Source: Candidatus Heimdallarchaeota archaeon
Lineage (GTDB): Archaea > Asgardarchaeota > Heimdallarchaeia > Hodarchaeales > Hodarchaeaceae
DNA length: 50,011 nt
Assembly (NCBI GenBank): GCA_019057635.1
Contig: DXJL01000177.1
Location: 1-50,011 of the forward strand
Direction: 5' to 3'
The notes beneath the pieces were generated by a model. The model did no database searches, had not been told where the DNA came from, and saw nothing but the letters and a program-made list of their open reading frames with translations. A program made the translations under genes and the position numbers. This document shows positions 47,748 to 50,011 of the stretch, one piece after another. Every line of letters starts with the position of its first letter. Within the stretch, counting starts at the first letter, position 1.

Positions 47748-48842
47748 ATGGACTCAGAACCTAATTACGATAAGATTGGGAACCAGATAATTTACTATAA
47801 AAGCTCAGAGGATATGAAGAAAGAAGTCAAGGATTCATCTATTGACGTGATTGTCACTTCACCCCCTTATAATCGGAGCAAAGTTTATTCAGATGATGAA
47901 GGTAACGTTTATGATGATCAAAAATCTGAGGCAGAATATGAAGCACTACTATTGCAGGTTTGGTCTGAATGTTACAGAGTTCTTTCATCTAAAGGGATGT
48001 TTTTTCTAAATATCGGAGATTCTGCTAATAGCCAGGGATTATCAAATAGAATTGCAGAATTAACAACCAATGCTGGATTTTTTCGTCTTCAAACAATTAT
48101 TTGGTTAAAATCTTTCTTAGGAAGAGGCCATTATACACCGTCTGGTCGGAGTAGACGATTAAACAATATCTTTGAATACATCTTTGTATTTGTTAAAGAC
48201 CGTAAAAAATATCGGATGACTCCACAAGCGATTGGTATTCCTTATGCAGATAAATCAAACATTGGAAGATACGCAAAATCAGATCTGAGGGATGCGGGAA
48301 ATGTTTGGTTCATTCCGTATTCTCGTACAACTGGGAGCACAATAAAAAAAGGCCACGAAGCGCCATTTCCAATCGAGCTACCTTACCGTTGCATTAAGTT
48401 AACTGGCGCGAAAAGCGTTCTTGATCCTTTTGCTGGCACAGGTACTACTCTTGCAGCTGCAAGGATTTTAAATGTTAATGGAATCGGCTATGAGAAATTT
48501 CCACGTAAAAAGGTTATCCAGCAACGAATAAGCGAGCACCAATTTTTCCCCCAGTCAGTAAATTTGATTCCCCATCTTGAACAAACGATTCATAAATTTG
48601 TGGAGTTAGCAGATAATCTTACATTCGATGAATTATTGGATCAGAACATCTTTTCATTTACAAAGAAGGAATATAACGAGATCCGCATTGCTCAAGATGT
48701 TCTTGATAATTTAAGACAAGATACTAAGCTATTTACGGATTATTTTAGCTATTTTCATACTCATATTGACAGAAAAGACCATTCAGATAAAAGAATTGAA
48801 CTTACTAAATTTTTCGATAAATCCGACCCGAACCATACCTGA
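47748..48842 (+). CDS. Site-specific DNA methyltransferase, beta class (probably N4-cytosine)
   Basis: Motif IV TSPPY near the N-terminus, HEAPFP, and motif I DPFAGTGTT later in the protein. Confidence 0.92.
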   Translation: MDSEPNYDKIGNQIIYYKSSEDMKKEVKDSSIDVIVTSPPYNRSKVYSDDEGNVYDDQKSEAEYEALLLQVWSECYRVLSSKGMFFLNIGDSANSQGLSNRIAELTTNAGFFRLQTIIWLKSFLGRGHYTPSGRSRRLNNIFEYIFVFVKDRKKYRMTPQAIGIPYADKSNIGRYAKSDLRDAGNVWFIPYSRTTGSTIKKGHEAPFPIELPYRCIKLTGAKSVLDPFAGTGTTLAAARILNVNGIGYEKFPRKKVIQQRISEHQFFPQSVNLIPHLEQTIHKFVELADNLTFDELLDQNIFSFTKKEYNEIRIAQDVLDNLRQDTKLFTDYFSYFHTHIDRKDHSDKRIELTKFFDKSDPNHT

Positions 48843-48881
48843 AGATCAACGAGGTTTTTGAGCTCAGTTTTTTCGCGAAGC

Positions 48882-50011
48882 ATGGTGCTTTATTCCTTGA
48901 ATTTGGAAAATAAGATCCTTTTATGGACTGGACTAGGTCATTTCTGCAATCATGTAGGCAACTATCTCACAGCTGCACTCCTTATTTATCTACAAACAGA
49001 TATTCCGTTAACTCATACAGAGGAGGGGTTACTTGGATCAATCCCCATGCTATTATTAGTTATTTTATCATTTGGAGTCGGTCGGATTGGGGACAAATAT
49101 CCTTACTCAAAAAAACATCTTATCTGGATTGGTATAATTGGTCTAGGCTTCTTCAGCATGTTGATGTCATTTGCAACAACCTTTACAGATCTTGCTCTTG
49201 CAACCATAATACTTGGAATTTCACTCTCAACGTATCATCCGGTAGCATTTGCTTTTATAAACAACATGAAAAACCAAGATCGAAATATGGGAATTAATTC
49301 AGTTTTCGGGAATTCAGGGAGTGCAGTCACACCTCTACTAGCAATGTTTTTTACAGTTTTAACAAGCTGGAGAATTGCATTTTTACTATTTGCGGGGATC
49401 CAACTAGCCACGGGAATTTTAATAATGAAATTCTTCCCAAATACTCCTGAATTGCATAATAATTTGATGAATACAAAAAATAATGAGATAAAGAAAGAAG
49501 GGGAACTAAAGAAGAATGTTTTCATCCTTACACTTCTCGTAGTCTTAATATCAACTGCTCGTGCGCCTGTATTTCGATGTATTTCATATTTTACTACAGT
49601 GGTTTTTTCTGATGCCTTTGCTTTTACTAGAATCGAATCTTCAATACTTACTGCTGTTGTACTTGGTATTGGTGCCTCAGGTACGTACCTAATGGGTCAA
49701 CTGAATAATCGGCGCATTTCTAAAGGAGTTTCTCGCGATATTCGAATAACCTTTAGAATTAACTCCATGTTGTTATCGAATGGAGTGTCTACTGTTCTAT
49801 TACTTGTTTTAGCCTTAATACCACTGAGTCTTTCCTTTATTGTCCTAGGCGTTTATCTAGTACTCACATTTTTCTTCTTTCTAGGGGCGGCAATTTTACC
49901 AACAATCATGAGTGAAATCTCCCCCAGGGATATGGGATCCGCTTTTGGCATTCTTTTTTCAGGTGCAACTTTAACTGGTGCAATTGCTCCGACTGTATTT
50001 GGATTTCTAGC
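48882..50011 (+). CDS. MFS transporter (partial, runs off the window end)
   Basis: Not in the ORF track. Manual translation: MVLYSLNLENKILLWTGLGHFCNH...GVGRIGDKYP; the same frame at the window end reads GSAFGILFSGATLTGAIAPTVFGFL. Confidence 0.85.
   Translation, partial: MVLYSLNLENKILLWTGLGHFCNHVGNYLTAALLIYLQTDIPLTHTEEGLLGSIPMLLLVILSFGVGRIGDKYPYSKKHLIWIGIIGLGFFSMLMSFATTFTDLALATIILGISLSTYHPVAFAFINNMKNQDRNMGINSVFGNSGSAVTPLLAMFFTVLTSWRIAFLLFAGIQLATGILIMKFFPNTPELHNNLMNTKNNEIKKEGELKKNVFILTLLVVLISTARAPVFRCISYFTTVVFSDAFAFTRIESSILTAVVLGIGASGTYLMGQLNNRRISKGVSRDIRITFRINSMLLSNGVSTVLLLVLALIPLSLSFIVLGVYLVLTFFFFLGAAILPTIMSEISPRDMGSAFGILFSGATLTGAIAPTVFGFL

Noticed and set aside
47748-48842. Complete restriction-modification system
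   Set aside because: No endonuclease or specificity gene flanks the methyltransferase.
316-49525. Numerous short ORFs in the track that overlap longer genes (e.g. 316..540, 10832..11194, 25199..25540, 28967..29344, 39907..40362, 46960..47325, 48923..49297, 49235..49525)
   Set aside because: They are antisense or off-frame shadows of well-supported genes, often Ser/Phe-rich, with no motifs.
1-50011. tRNA, rRNA or other structured RNA genes
   Set aside because: Intergenic gaps are short and AT-rich, with no GC-rich cloverleaf or rRNA-like stretch visible; small ncRNAs cannot be excluded by eye.

Overview
AT-rich, densely coding archaeal chromosomal segment with about 49 plausible CDSs. I found no rRNA, tRNA, CRISPR array or transposase. 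It carries archaeal housekeeping genes (aIF-1A, Dph2, XerA, AlaX-M, KaiC/RAD55-like ATPase, single-OB SSB, double Lrp/AsnC regulator, GGTGA-type Shine-Dalgarno sites, frequent TTG starts). These sit alongside several eukaryotic-signature-like proteins, which points to an Asgard archaeon, possibly Heimdallarchaeia/Hodarchaeales (inference). The most interesting part is the first ~14 kb. It holds a Rab-like GTPase co-transcribed with a longin-like gene, a divergent sequon-rich membrane protein, a 7TM protein, a folliculin-like longin+DENN protein, and an acidic HEAT + mu-homology-like + Ig-like protein, i.e. parts resembling a eukaryotic trafficking/nutrient-sensing module. Other highlights are a stand-alone protein with two PARP1-type zinc fingers plus a winged helix, and LKR and SDH genes in frame and separated by one amber codon (a split AASS). 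There is also a pseudo-lipase with a C2-like domain and a RimI-like acetyltransferase that seems to need a non-canonical start codon. All family calls come from motif recognition by eye; no searches were run.
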